Both the position numbers and the translations under genes were made by a program. A stretch of DNA of 57,583 nucleotides from an uncultured Planctomycetales bacterium (lineage in GTDB: Bacteria > Omnitrophota > Gorgyraeia > Zapsychrales > JAHFFX01), in contig CAZUJQ010000003.1 in assembly GCA_964620805.1 (NCBI GenBank), positions 1-57,583 of the forward strand. Reading direction: 5' to 3'. Position 1 is the stretch's first letter. Each line of letters starts with the position of its first letter. Positions 45,986-54,320 of this stretch are shown in pieces. Below the pieces are notes generated by a model. The model ran no database searches, was not told where the DNA came from, and was given only the letters and a program-made list of their open reading frames with translations.

Positions 45986-48054
45986 AATATTTTGAAAAAG
46001 AATCATACATTTATTTTATTAATAATATTTTATTGTTTGTTATCGGTCTTTTTTATTTTTTTTATTCCCTGAATTTAAGCAATTTTGCAGAGATTCATGT
46101 GGATTTGCCTTTTTTGACTTTTCCGATATTTATAGGAGAAATCCTTCTGGGGTTTTGCCTTGTTTTATGTGCTGTCAAATGGTTGTTCTTATCGCGTCCG
46201 AAATTGACAACATGGCATGCCTTCTTAATTTTATACCTTTCCTTTATTCTTATTAAAACCACTTTGGGTTATCGTCAATTTGGCCCTCTTGCTTTTCGAC
46301 ATGCCGCAATGTTCTATTACCCTGTCTTTGCCATAATCACTTACGATATCTTTAAAAGAGAACAAAAATGGTTCTTGTTAAAGCCGCTCGCCATTTCTTT
46401 TATTACCGTCAGTATTGGTTTTTTTGAGCTTCGTTTTTATCTATTGCCCTATATCATTTTGGGATTCGCTTTAACTTTAAGTCTTAAAGATAAGAGAATC
46501 CGTTACCTTTGCCTTGCGGTTATTTTGATTTCCCTGCCTTACAAAGCTCTTTTTTATGTCTCGAGGACAATCATTATCGCTTGCCTTATTACTGGCGTCT
46601 CTTTAGGTATTATGTTCTTTTATGTCTTGCCCGTGAGGAAGATGTACAAATTTCTGATTATTGGTTCTTTTTTCTCTATCTTTACAACCGCACTCTTTAC
46701 TTTGACTCCACCGCTTGCAAGAGAATCTTTATTGAAGCCTCGACAATTTTTCGAGATAGTTAAAGAAACTGATCAAATGATAAAGGAAAAAGAAGCAACC
46801 TATGTTCCTTGGGATATAAAACCTCGGCTCTACAACCCTAACCCTTATTTTAAAGGCCGGCCCAAAATTCTTTCGGTAACTACGCCTGTTCAAGCGGCGG
46901 TTCCAGAGCCCTTGGCGGAGACTCCTGCGGTCTCTAGCAGTGGTGAAGGGCAAGAGACGATTTTGGCGCAAGTTCCCGGTCGTGCTTCTGCCGAGGCCGA
47001 GGAGAAAGCGGAGTTGCAAGGACCATTAGAGCAGACTAGCAATCTGAGCGAGGCCGTGGTCTTATCCGCTCTTCCTGAGGGCAAAGCGGTTGTTCAACTA
47101 ACCTCTGCATCAATAATACCATCCTTGGGAACCCTAGCTCTTCTTTCTGTGAAGCGTGAGGAGACAGTGACATTGTTTTTACGGAGGTCAGAAGAGCTGT
47201 TGGCGGAGACTCCTGCGGCCTCTAGTAGTGGTGAAGGGGAAGTGACGGTTTTGGCGCAAGCCCCCGGTCGTGCTCCTGCCGAGGCCGAGGAGAAAGCGGA
47301 GTTGCAAGGACCATTAGAGCAGACTAGCAATCTGAGCGAGGCCGTGGTCTTATCCGCTCTTCCTGAGGTCCCAGGGGCGGTTTCAGAACCGTTGGTGGAG
47401 ACTCCTGCGGTCTCTAGCAGTGGTGAAGGGGAAGAGATGATTTTGGAAAAAATCGAAAATGCAATAAGTCTACTGGTACTAGAAAAACTTGAAAGAGTGT
47501 CTGCCGCTCAAACATCTGGCCCAAAAGATACACCCATGGCAACTCTATGGGTAGAAAACCAGATGCAGCAAGGCAAAAATCCAGAAGGTGTATACAAATA
47601 TGGAACGATGCTCTTTCGTTGGTATATCCTTCTCGATATGGTCGAGCAATTAAAGGAAAAAAAGGCCATTCTAGGCTTTCTTTTTGGAAAGCCGTTTCGA
47701 TCAAAACGCTTAGAAATTACAGCCAATGCTTTTGGCGAGTGGTCTCGGGACGGTTGGATCGCCGCTCATAATTCTTATATTGAGATTATCTACAGAGCCG
47801 GATTTATAGGAATAGTCCTTATTCTTTTTTTGTTAGGGAACGTAATCGCCACCACGGGGGTATTTCTTAAAGGCAGATCGATTATTGGGATTTTAATAAT
47901 TAATATTATGATTTACTGGTTATCCTGCTCTTTTTTTCATATCATCCTCGAGATGCCCTATTTTGCCATTCCTTTCTGGAGTTTATACGGTTTGGTCTTA
48001 GCGTATTCTCATCATTGGAAGGACGATGCTGTAATACACAAAGGAGCTCTTTGA
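45976..48054 (+). CDS. O-antigen ligase/O-OTase-like membrane protein with a repeat-expanded loop
   Basis: N- and C-terminal TM bundles; TMLFRW..LGFLFG..AAHNSYIEIIYRAGFIG (Wzy_C-like RW..HN motif); start moved to ATG 45976. Confidence 0.72.
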   Translation: MFLKYFEKESYIYFINNILLFVIGLFYFFYSLNLSNFAEIHVDLPFLTFPIFIGEILLGFCLVLCAVKWLFLSRPKLTTWHAFLILYLSFILIKTTLGYRQFGPLAFRHAAMFYYPVFAIITYDIFKREQKWFLLKPLAISFITVSIGFFELRFYLLPYIILGFALTLSLKDKRIRYLCLAVILISLPYKALFYVSRTIIIACLITGVSLGIMFFYVLPVRKMYKFLIIGSFFSIFTTALFTLTPPLARESLLKPRQFFEIVKETDQMIKEKEATYVPWDIKPRLYNPNPYFKGRPKILSVTTPVQAAVPEPLAETPAVSSSGEGQETILAQVPGRASAEAEEKAELQGPLEQTSNLSEAVVLSALPEGKAVVQLTSASIIPSLGTLALLSVKREETVTLFLRRSEELLAETPAASSSGEGEVTVLAQAPGRAPAEAEEKAELQGPLEQTSNLSEAVVLSALPEVPGAVSEPLVETPAVSSSGEGEEMILEKIENAISLLVLEKLERVSAAQTSGPKDTPMATLWVENQMQQGKNPEGVYKYGTMLFRWYILLDMVEQLKEKKAILGFLFGKPFRSKRLEITANAFGEWSRDGWIAAHNSYIEIIYRAGFIGIVLILFLLGNVIATTGVFLKGRSIIGILIINIMIYWLSCSFFHIILEMPYFAIPFWSLYGLVLAYSHHWKDDAVIHKGAL
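46912..47446 (+). repeat. In-frame direct repeats: two 169-bp copies and one partial 55-bp copy
   Basis: 46912-47080 and 47200-47368 are near-identical (LAETPA.SSSGEG..T.LAQ.PGRA.AEAEEKAELQGPLEQTSNLSEAVVLSALPE); 47392-47446 repeats the first third. Confidence 0.92.
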
Positions 48055-48338
48055 TGGTTGATGAAAAGCACGTAACCGAGATTGTGCTACAAGTCATCAA
48101 AAAGGTTGACCCAGCGTTACTCCGGGGTCAAAATCCGAAAGATATCAATGATATTCCTTTGGTTGGCAATATGGAATCCATGGCTATGCTGACTTTGGTT
48201 GTTGGTTTAGAAGATGCTTTAAAAAAAGAATTCGGCAAGGATATTGGTCTATTAGAAATTGAGAGTGATTCAGGCGTGCATCTTCTTAAAACGATTGGCA
48301 CAATAACTCACTATATTACCCAAACTCTAGAGAAATGA
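48054..48338 (+). CDS. Acyl carrier protein
   Basis: LVGNMESMAMLTLVVGLEDAL; AAGGAG RBS; ATG overlaps the upstream stop; precedes a FabH-like gene. Confidence 0.68.
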   Translation: MVDEKHVTEIVLQVIKKVDPALLRGQNPKDINDIPLVGNMESMAMLTLVVGLEDALKKEFGKDIGLLEIESDSGVHLLKTIGTITHYITQTLEK

Positions 48339-49354
48339 ATTCAAAAAATTGTAAAATAAAAAATATTGAATATCATCTTCCCGAACGCGTCGTTACTAAT
48401 CGCGACTTATTTCGAGAGAACCCTTCTTGGGATCAAGATGAGTTTGTTAAAAAGGCAGGTGTCACATCGCGCCACATTGCTCATGAGGAGGAAACAGCCT
48501 TAGATCTTGCCTGTGTTGCCTGTGACAAGATTTTTTCAACTTCTGGTATTTTAAGAAGCGACATTGACGGAATTATCTTTTGCACGCAAAGTCCTGATTA
48601 TATCCTTCCGCCCAACGCCTCTGTGCTTCATGAACGGTTAGGGTTGAAGGATAACGTCCTTGCCTTTGACATAAATTTGGCTTGTTCGGGCTATCTCTAT
48701 GGGCTTGCTATTGCCAAGGCATTCTTGAATACTTATGATTTAAAGAATATTCTCCTTGTAACAGCAGATACGTATTCTAAATATATCCATCCTCATGACA
48801 AATCTGTGAGATTGCTTTTTGGAGACGGGGCCGCTGTCTCGTTGATACAGCCCGGTGAAGAAGGGATTATTGATATTAAATTAGGGAGTTACGGAAAAGG
48901 CTATAGTCACTTTATGATTCCCGCGGGAGGCTGTCGATTGCCAAGAAGTCAAAAAACGAAATTAGAGATTCATGACAAAAGCAATAATATCAGAACATCT
49001 GAGCATATTTATATGGAAGGGTATGCGCTTTTATCGCTGACAAGATCAAAGGTGGTAAGAGATGTACAGCAGATTCTAAAAATCAATGCCTTAAGCTGCG
49101 AAGATATCAAGCTTTTTATTTTTCATCAAGCCAGCCAATTTGTTTTAGAGACTTTGACAAGTTCGCTAGGGCTTCCCAAGGAAAAAGTTTATAACAACCT
49201 CTCAAATATTGGAAATACAGTATCAGCCTCTATTCCGATTACGATCAAAAATGCTTTAAACGAAGATATGATAAAATGCGGTGATAAAATTTTAATCTCG
49301 GGGTTTGGTGTTGGCTTTTCGTGGGGCTCGGCGATTTTAGAATGGATGGGATGA
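48335..49354 (+). CDS. fabH: 3-oxoacyl-ACP synthase III (FabH-like), second copy
   Basis: NLACSGY, FHQAS, IGNTVSAS, GFGVGFSWG. Confidence 0.85.
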   Translation: MNSKNCKIKNIEYHLPERVVTNRDLFRENPSWDQDEFVKKAGVTSRHIAHEEETALDLACVACDKIFSTSGILRSDIDGIIFCTQSPDYILPPNASVLHERLGLKDNVLAFDINLACSGYLYGLAIAKAFLNTYDLKNILLVTADTYSKYIHPHDKSVRLLFGDGAAVSLIQPGEEGIIDIKLGSYGKGYSHFMIPAGGCRLPRSQKTKLEIHDKSNNIRTSEHIYMEGYALLSLTRSKVVRDVQQILKINALSCEDIKLFIFHQASQFVLETLTSSLGLPKEKVYNNLSNIGNTVSASIPITIKNALNEDMIKCGDKILISGFGVGFSWGSAILEWMG

Positions 49355-49367
49355 GGTTTCGAGTTCA

Positions 49368-50414
49368 GTGGAAAATATAAAAATAATGCCGGTTGACGAT
49401 TCGTTAACGGAGAAAATCGCCGGGTTTTCCAAAGCCCTCTATCCTCAGATGAATAATCTCAAGGATTATATTCAATGGTTTTCTCATGATGCGCCTTTTT
49501 TAAAGGGCCGCCCAATCCCGGGATTATTGGCGCTAAGCGACGAAAACGAGATCGTAGGTTGCTACATGTTTAATCACCAGGAGTGGTATTTTCAAGGGGG
49601 GAAATACGAAGGTTTTATTGGATATGATTTTTTTGTAAAGAAGGATTTTCGAAAAACCGGCACGGGGGCGTTACTTCTGATTCAATCCCTAAGGAAATAC
49701 AAACCATTTATTGGGCTCGGCATGAGCGCAACCTTGGAGAGGCTCTACACGGTCATGAAGGTAAAAGAGATTGGCAAACTCGAGAAATTTTTGTGGGTCA
49801 ATAGACCGTTGTCATCCGTAAATCATGGCTTAAAGTATTTATTCACAAGGAACTTCCGCACACAGAAACCTATGAGGCAAGAGATATTTCCTAAGTCCTT
49901 GAGTCGAGACGAGGTTTCCTTTAATTTATTGTCGAGATTTCCCGCGGAGTCTTACAAGGAGTATTATGACGATAGTGTCGTCGAATTCTCACGGTCGGCC
50001 GAATTTCTTGATTGGCGCTTTTTTAAAAGGAAGAACGGCTACGGATTTTATTATTGCCAAGATGGAGAATATCCTTTGTACTTTGTTGTAAGACCTGTTT
50101 CCTTTAAAGGCCTACATCTCCTGCTGATTGTTGATTATAAGATTCCGCTTCATGAGAAAAAATCCTGGCGCCTTATCTTACGGCTTTCAAAGAAAATAGC
50201 ACGGCAACTGCGATTCGACGGGCTCATAACCGCAAGTTCACATATGGTTTTTGATAACGGTTTAAAGTCGGAAGGGTTTTTTTCAATCGGCAGGCTGGGG
50301 GCAATTATTTCAACTTCCGCGAATTCCTTACCTCTCAAGCCTGGCCTTAAAAGTAATATTTATGTGACCATGGGAGATTCTGATATTGATTTAAATTTTG
50401 GCGACAAACCATGA
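49368..50414 (+). CDS. Probable GNAT-fold acyltransferase
   Basis: GTG start; EIVGCY, FFVKKDFRKTGTGALL (acyl-CoA-binding motif A-like), RSAEFLDWRF. Confidence 0.55.
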   Translation: MENIKIMPVDDSLTEKIAGFSKALYPQMNNLKDYIQWFSHDAPFLKGRPIPGLLALSDENEIVGCYMFNHQEWYFQGGKYEGFIGYDFFVKKDFRKTGTGALLLIQSLRKYKPFIGLGMSATLERLYTVMKVKEIGKLEKFLWVNRPLSSVNHGLKYLFTRNFRTQKPMRQEIFPKSLSRDEVSFNLLSRFPAESYKEYYDDSVVEFSRSAEFLDWRFFKRKNGYGFYYCQDGEYPLYFVVRPVSFKGLHLLLIVDYKIPLHEKKSWRLILRLSKKIARQLRFDGLITASSHMVFDNGLKSEGFFSIGRLGAIISTSANSLPLKPGLKSNIYVTMGDSDIDLNFGDKP

Positions 50415-51319
50415 ATGAACAACTTATCAAATCCATAGGCAAATTGATGAGGATAACTCAAGCGCACCGCTTTCGAGAGTTATCCTCCACAAAAGATAAT
50501 ATAAGAATAATCGTCACTCATCATGTTTTTCAAAAATATCTGAATAATTTTGAATGCATTGTTCAATATTTGATGAATAAACGGGGAATTATTGATCCCG
50601 TCGATTTTTTTGCTTTGGATGCACAAGGGCAATGCAAAGGCAAAATGTTGTTAATGACATTCGATGATGGTTTGTTATCCTCTCATCAAGCCGTAAAACA
50701 GATTTTGTCAAAGTACAAAATAAAAGCGATTTTTTTTATTCCCACACAAATTTTAGAGTTTCAAAGTGAAGATGAAATGAGAAATTTTGCAGTCCATAAT
50801 CTTTATTTTAAAAAGCGTAGGGCTGAAAGTTTTTCATGGGAAGAATTTGTGACGATGAATCGAAAACAAGTTCTGGAATTGTATAGGGAAGGACATAGGA
50901 TTTTCCCGCATACACACACCCATTGTCCATTAAAAGATATCACGGATCCTATGGCGATTGAGCAAGAAATTGTTCGGCCTAAAAAGATTTTAGAAAATCT
51001 TTTACAGTCAGAAATAAATGCTTTTGCTTTTCCCGTTGGGACAGAAAGGGTGGTTTCCTCTTATGCGTTTCCCTACATCAAACGAGAATATCAATATTGT
51101 TTTTCTAGCTTAGCTGGGATCAATACCGTAAAAACGGACCCTTATTTTTATCATCGCGATTGTATCCATGCCCATTATGATTTGGATCATGTTCATAATA
51201 TTTTAGAGGGTGTTTATGATCCCTATTATTTATATAAAATGTTTTTATTAAAAAGGGCCATGGGTGATCGTCATGGCGCTTTTGATGGCGGTGGGTTAAA
51301 AACATCTTTTAAGAGTTAG
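50411..51319 (+). CDS. Polysaccharide deacetylase family protein
   Basis: MTFDDG, AIFFIPT, HTHTH, FAFPVG. Confidence 0.8.
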   Translation: MNEQLIKSIGKLMRITQAHRFRELSSTKDNIRIIVTHHVFQKYLNNFECIVQYLMNKRGIIDPVDFFALDAQGQCKGKMLLMTFDDGLLSSHQAVKQILSKYKIKAIFFIPTQILEFQSEDEMRNFAVHNLYFKKRRAESFSWEEFVTMNRKQVLELYREGHRIFPHTHTHCPLKDITDPMAIEQEIVRPKKILENLLQSEINAFAFPVGTERVVSSYAFPYIKREYQYCFSSLAGINTVKTDPYFYHRDCIHAHYDLDHVHNILEGVYDPYYLYKMFLLKRAMGDRHGAFDGGGLKTSFKS

Positions 51320-51334
51320 CGAGAGTTAAAACCT

Positions 51335-52528
51335 ATGAGAATCCTTATTGCCCATACTCATTATCAGCAGCCCGGTGGGGAGGACGCTGTTGTTAAGACG
51401 GAATCCGCACTTCTAAAAAAATTTAACGAAGAGGTTTATCTTTATGCACGCCATAATAAAGAGATAGATTCTTATTCCTTGGGGAAAAAGATAAATTTTT
51501 TATTCAGGCTTGACTGGTCAAAACAGTCCTATCTTGAGATAAAAAAAATTATCCGGGCATTTCGCCCCGATGTGGCTCATTTCCATAACATCTTTTTTAT
51601 GATGACGCCTTCCGTCTACTTTGCCTGCAAAGAGGAAAATATCCCCGTTGTCCAGAGTCAGCACAATTTTCGGCTTATGTGTTCTAATGGATTATTGTTT
51701 CGAGACAATCGAGTATGCGAGGAATGTCTTCAAAAATCCTTATGGCAGGGAGTGTATCATCGTTGCTACAAAAATTCAAGACTTGCGACGGCCTTGGTTG
51801 TACGCATGCTTCAGAAACACTGGAAAAAGGATACATGGAGAGAAAGGATTGATTTGTATATCGCCTTGACCGAATTTAGTCGCAAAAAACTGGTTTTGGG
51901 CGGGATTCCCCAGCACAAGATTGTTGTAAAACCCAATTTTGTTTATCCCGACTCGAAAATCCAAGGGACAGATGGAGGTTATGCCCTGTATGTTGGGAGG
52001 CTCAGTACCGAAAAGGGAGTCCATGTTCTTTTGGAGGCTTGGAAATCGATAAAAAACCTTCCATTAAAAATTATAGGTGACGGTCCCCTCGTGGGTTGCC
52101 TGAAATCTTATATTGAGTCTCATAGGATCCATCAAGTTGATTTCTTGGGTTATGTCCCAGAAGGTCGATATGAAGAGTGTATGAAAGGAGCGAAAATATT
52201 AATCGTCCCATCCGTGTGCTATGAAAATTTTCCTAGGGTTATTGCGGAAGCCTTTAGTTATGGAATACCCGTTGTCGCCAGCCGGCTGGGAAGTATGGAA
52301 GAACTCATTCAAGATAAAGCAACAGGTTTGTTATTTCGGGCCGCAGATTCTCATGATTTGCAAGAAAAGATCACCTGGATGTTAGAACACGGGGATGAAT
52401 TAAAGCAAATGGGCCGCAATGCCCGCAGAGAATACGAAGAAAAATATGCTGCTGGGACGAATTATAAGAATCTAATGGATATTTATCGTAGAGTTATCCT
52501 TACGGTAAACTATTCTCCTACGCCTTGA
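51335..52528 (+). CDS. GT4 family glycosyltransferase
   Basis: PGGED, HFHN, HNFR, VKPNF, YVGRLSTEKG, YENFPRVIAEAF. Confidence 0.88.
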   Translation: MRILIAHTHYQQPGGEDAVVKTESALLKKFNEEVYLYARHNKEIDSYSLGKKINFLFRLDWSKQSYLEIKKIIRAFRPDVAHFHNIFFMMTPSVYFACKEENIPVVQSQHNFRLMCSNGLLFRDNRVCEECLQKSLWQGVYHRCYKNSRLATALVVRMLQKHWKKDTWRERIDLYIALTEFSRKKLVLGGIPQHKIVVKPNFVYPDSKIQGTDGGYALYVGRLSTEKGVHVLLEAWKSIKNLPLKIIGDGPLVGCLKSYIESHRIHQVDFLGYVPEGRYEECMKGAKILIVPSVCYENFPRVIAEAFSYGIPVVASRLGSMEELIQDKATGLLFRAADSHDLQEKITWMLEHGDELKQMGRNARREYEEKYAAGTNYKNLMDIYRRVILTVNYSPTP

Positions 52529-52641
52529 GTCAATAGGAAAGGGTTCTTCGCTCTCAGCCACAGGCTGATCCTCCTCTGGTGAAAATGCTCTTGCGCCTGC
52601 CGCAGACAGGTTTTAGCTTTGAAGGAACGATTTCTATGAAT

Positions 52642-52740
52642 CCCCATGGCTTCGCTTTGCCCGCTTGCCTTGCTCGGCAAGGTGGGCGAAGCCGCTGGCC
52701 GAGCAATGCGAGGCAGATGAAGCAAAGCGGTAGGGGCGAA
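52642..52740. repeat. GC-rich nested palindromic intergenic element (REP/MITE-like or structured RNA)
   Basis: Complementary pairs CGCTTTGC/GCAAAGCG, TTGCTCGGC/GCCGAGCAA, GGCTTCGC/GCGAAGCC and CCTTGC-TCG-GCAAGG within about 100 nt. Confidence 0.65.
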
Positions 52741-52808
52741 GAAGGAAATATACCAGCCATTCCTATTGCTTATGCGCAGTAGAGTAATTTCAGGTAGATT
52801 CCATAAAT

Positions 52809-54320
52809 ATGATTGTGACTCATAACTCACAGAAAGAAAGTGATAGAGGATCTCTTTTACAGAAAAGATCCGTTATCATTGCCTTTTTGATATGTTTTAT
52901 ATCTTGGATTTATTTATTTTTTTTGACTAAAATGGAAATCAATTTTGATGCTATCGGCTATGAAGATATCGGTTTAACGATTTACAAAAGTGGATGGATT
53001 GAATATTTTAGGGGGGGGCCGAGGCGGGAGCCTCTTTACCCTTTTTTGATATCATTATCCATGTATGCAGCGGAAATCTTTAAAGTGCCTTATGCCATAC
53101 CACAAAAAATCATTCAGATCCTAGCAGTTTTCTTAACTCAAATTCTCACACTTGTGATTTTGAAAAAATTGAAAGTTAAGAACAGCCTTCAACTATTTGC
53201 CATCCTTTATCTCGGATTTTCCCCTGCAATTATGAATTCTGCTTTCTCGCTATTTTCTGAGATTGCAACCTATCCCCTTGTTTTGGCCATTATTTTGGCA
53301 GCTCATCGCTTATGGATATCAATTCGGATAAAAGGATACAAACAATCTTTGCTGGGGGGGGTTACTCTTGCCTTATTTTTTCTAGCGGCAACTTTTACTA
53401 AAGGTGTTTTTCAAGGTGTTTTATATTTTTTTCTCATTCCTTTTATTTTTCTTGGCCTCCATTCCTTATTAACTCATCAAAAAAAGATTTGCATTGCATC
53501 TGTCTTTAACCTACTGCTTATTATGATTATTTTTCAATCGTGTTTTATAAGTTTTAAATTGATGAACAAGAAGTATAATGGCTTATTTGAGTTTACGGAT
53601 CGGTATGGTTTGGCAATTTATGGGAATGCGGCAAAAAGAGCTAAGGAAATGAATCTCAGGGTATTCATGGCCTATTTAGCTTCCGTCCCAGGGGATGGTT
53701 TTTGTCGTCGATTTTTTAGCGTTGAGGAGTGCAAATATTATTCGTGGGAATCAGCCGATAAATTATGGGGATATGAACTGCCAAAATTATTAGCAGGAGT
53801 GCCATCCGAAAAACAAAATGAAAAAGCCATTTCGTTGGCTAAAGATAAAATTGCAAAGAATCCCTTGCAGCATTTTGTATTAAGTATGATAGAAGGCATG
53901 AAAATCTTTTTTTGGGAATCTACTCAACTCGGCAATGTGACATATCCGAATTGGTTAAGAACATGTTATGATTTCCCTGTCTTTAAGAATGGATTACGAC
54001 TCATTATTTCGTTACTAACGATTTATTCATTTTTATTTTTGCTTTATTATCTCTTTCAAAATAAAACAAAATTATTTCAACCGCCTTCGGCAAATGAGCC
54101 TGATTGCCAACTTTGTTTTTTTATAGTTTTGATGGTATCAAGCTTTACAGCACTTTACGCCTTTCTTCATATTCTTACTCGATTTGCATTACCCCTTGCG
54201 CCACTTTTTATTATTTGCATTGCTTTCTGTCTAAACAATCAACATTTTTTCTGCGAAAGATTCCGAAATCATTCCATACTTCTAAAAGCTGATATTGTAA
54301 AGCGAACTCATCTGGGATAA
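52809..54320 (+). CDS. Polytopic membrane protein (GT-C/ArnT-like)
   Basis: FDAIGYEDIG..RREPLYPFL after TM1, LFSE, multiple TM helices, TRFALP near the end; contains two G8 tracts. Confidence 0.65.
   Translation: MIVTHNSQKESDRGSLLQKRSVIIAFLICFISWIYLFFLTKMEINFDAIGYEDIGLTIYKSGWIEYFRGGPRREPLYPFLISLSMYAAEIFKVPYAIPQKIIQILAVFLTQILTLVILKKLKVKNSLQLFAILYLGFSPAIMNSAFSLFSEIATYPLVLAIILAAHRLWISIRIKGYKQSLLGGVTLALFFLAATFTKGVFQGVLYFFLIPFIFLGLHSLLTHQKKICIASVFNLLLIMIIFQSCFISFKLMNKKYNGLFEFTDRYGLAIYGNAAKRAKEMNLRVFMAYLASVPGDGFCRRFFSVEECKYYSWESADKLWGYELPKLLAGVPSEKQNEKAISLAKDKIAKNPLQHFVLSMIEGMKIFFWESTQLGNVTYPNWLRTCYDFPVFKNGLRLIISLLTIYSFLFLLYYLFQNKTKLFQPPSANEPDCQLCFFIVLMVSSFTALYAFLHILTRFALPLAPLFIICIAFCLNNQHFFCERFRNHSILLKADIVKRTHLG

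Noticed and set aside
46912-47446. CRISPR array or mobile element interpretation of the repeats
   Set aside because: Units are long, in-frame and coding, with no spacer pattern, cas genes or transposase.
52726-52735. AGCGGTAG as an RfaH ops element
   Set aside because: Imperfect match, located at the distal end of the operon rather than in the leader, and part of a palindromic arm.
52579-52782. 67-aa ORF and overlapping antisense ORFs in the palindromic spacer
   Set aside because: Open frames are expected in GC-rich palindromic DNA; no protein-like features.
12096-52924. A9 and T8 runs (e.g. 12096-12104, 33682-33690, 52917-52924) as contingency loci
   Set aside because: Such runs are common in AT-rich DNA, so they carry little signal without read data.
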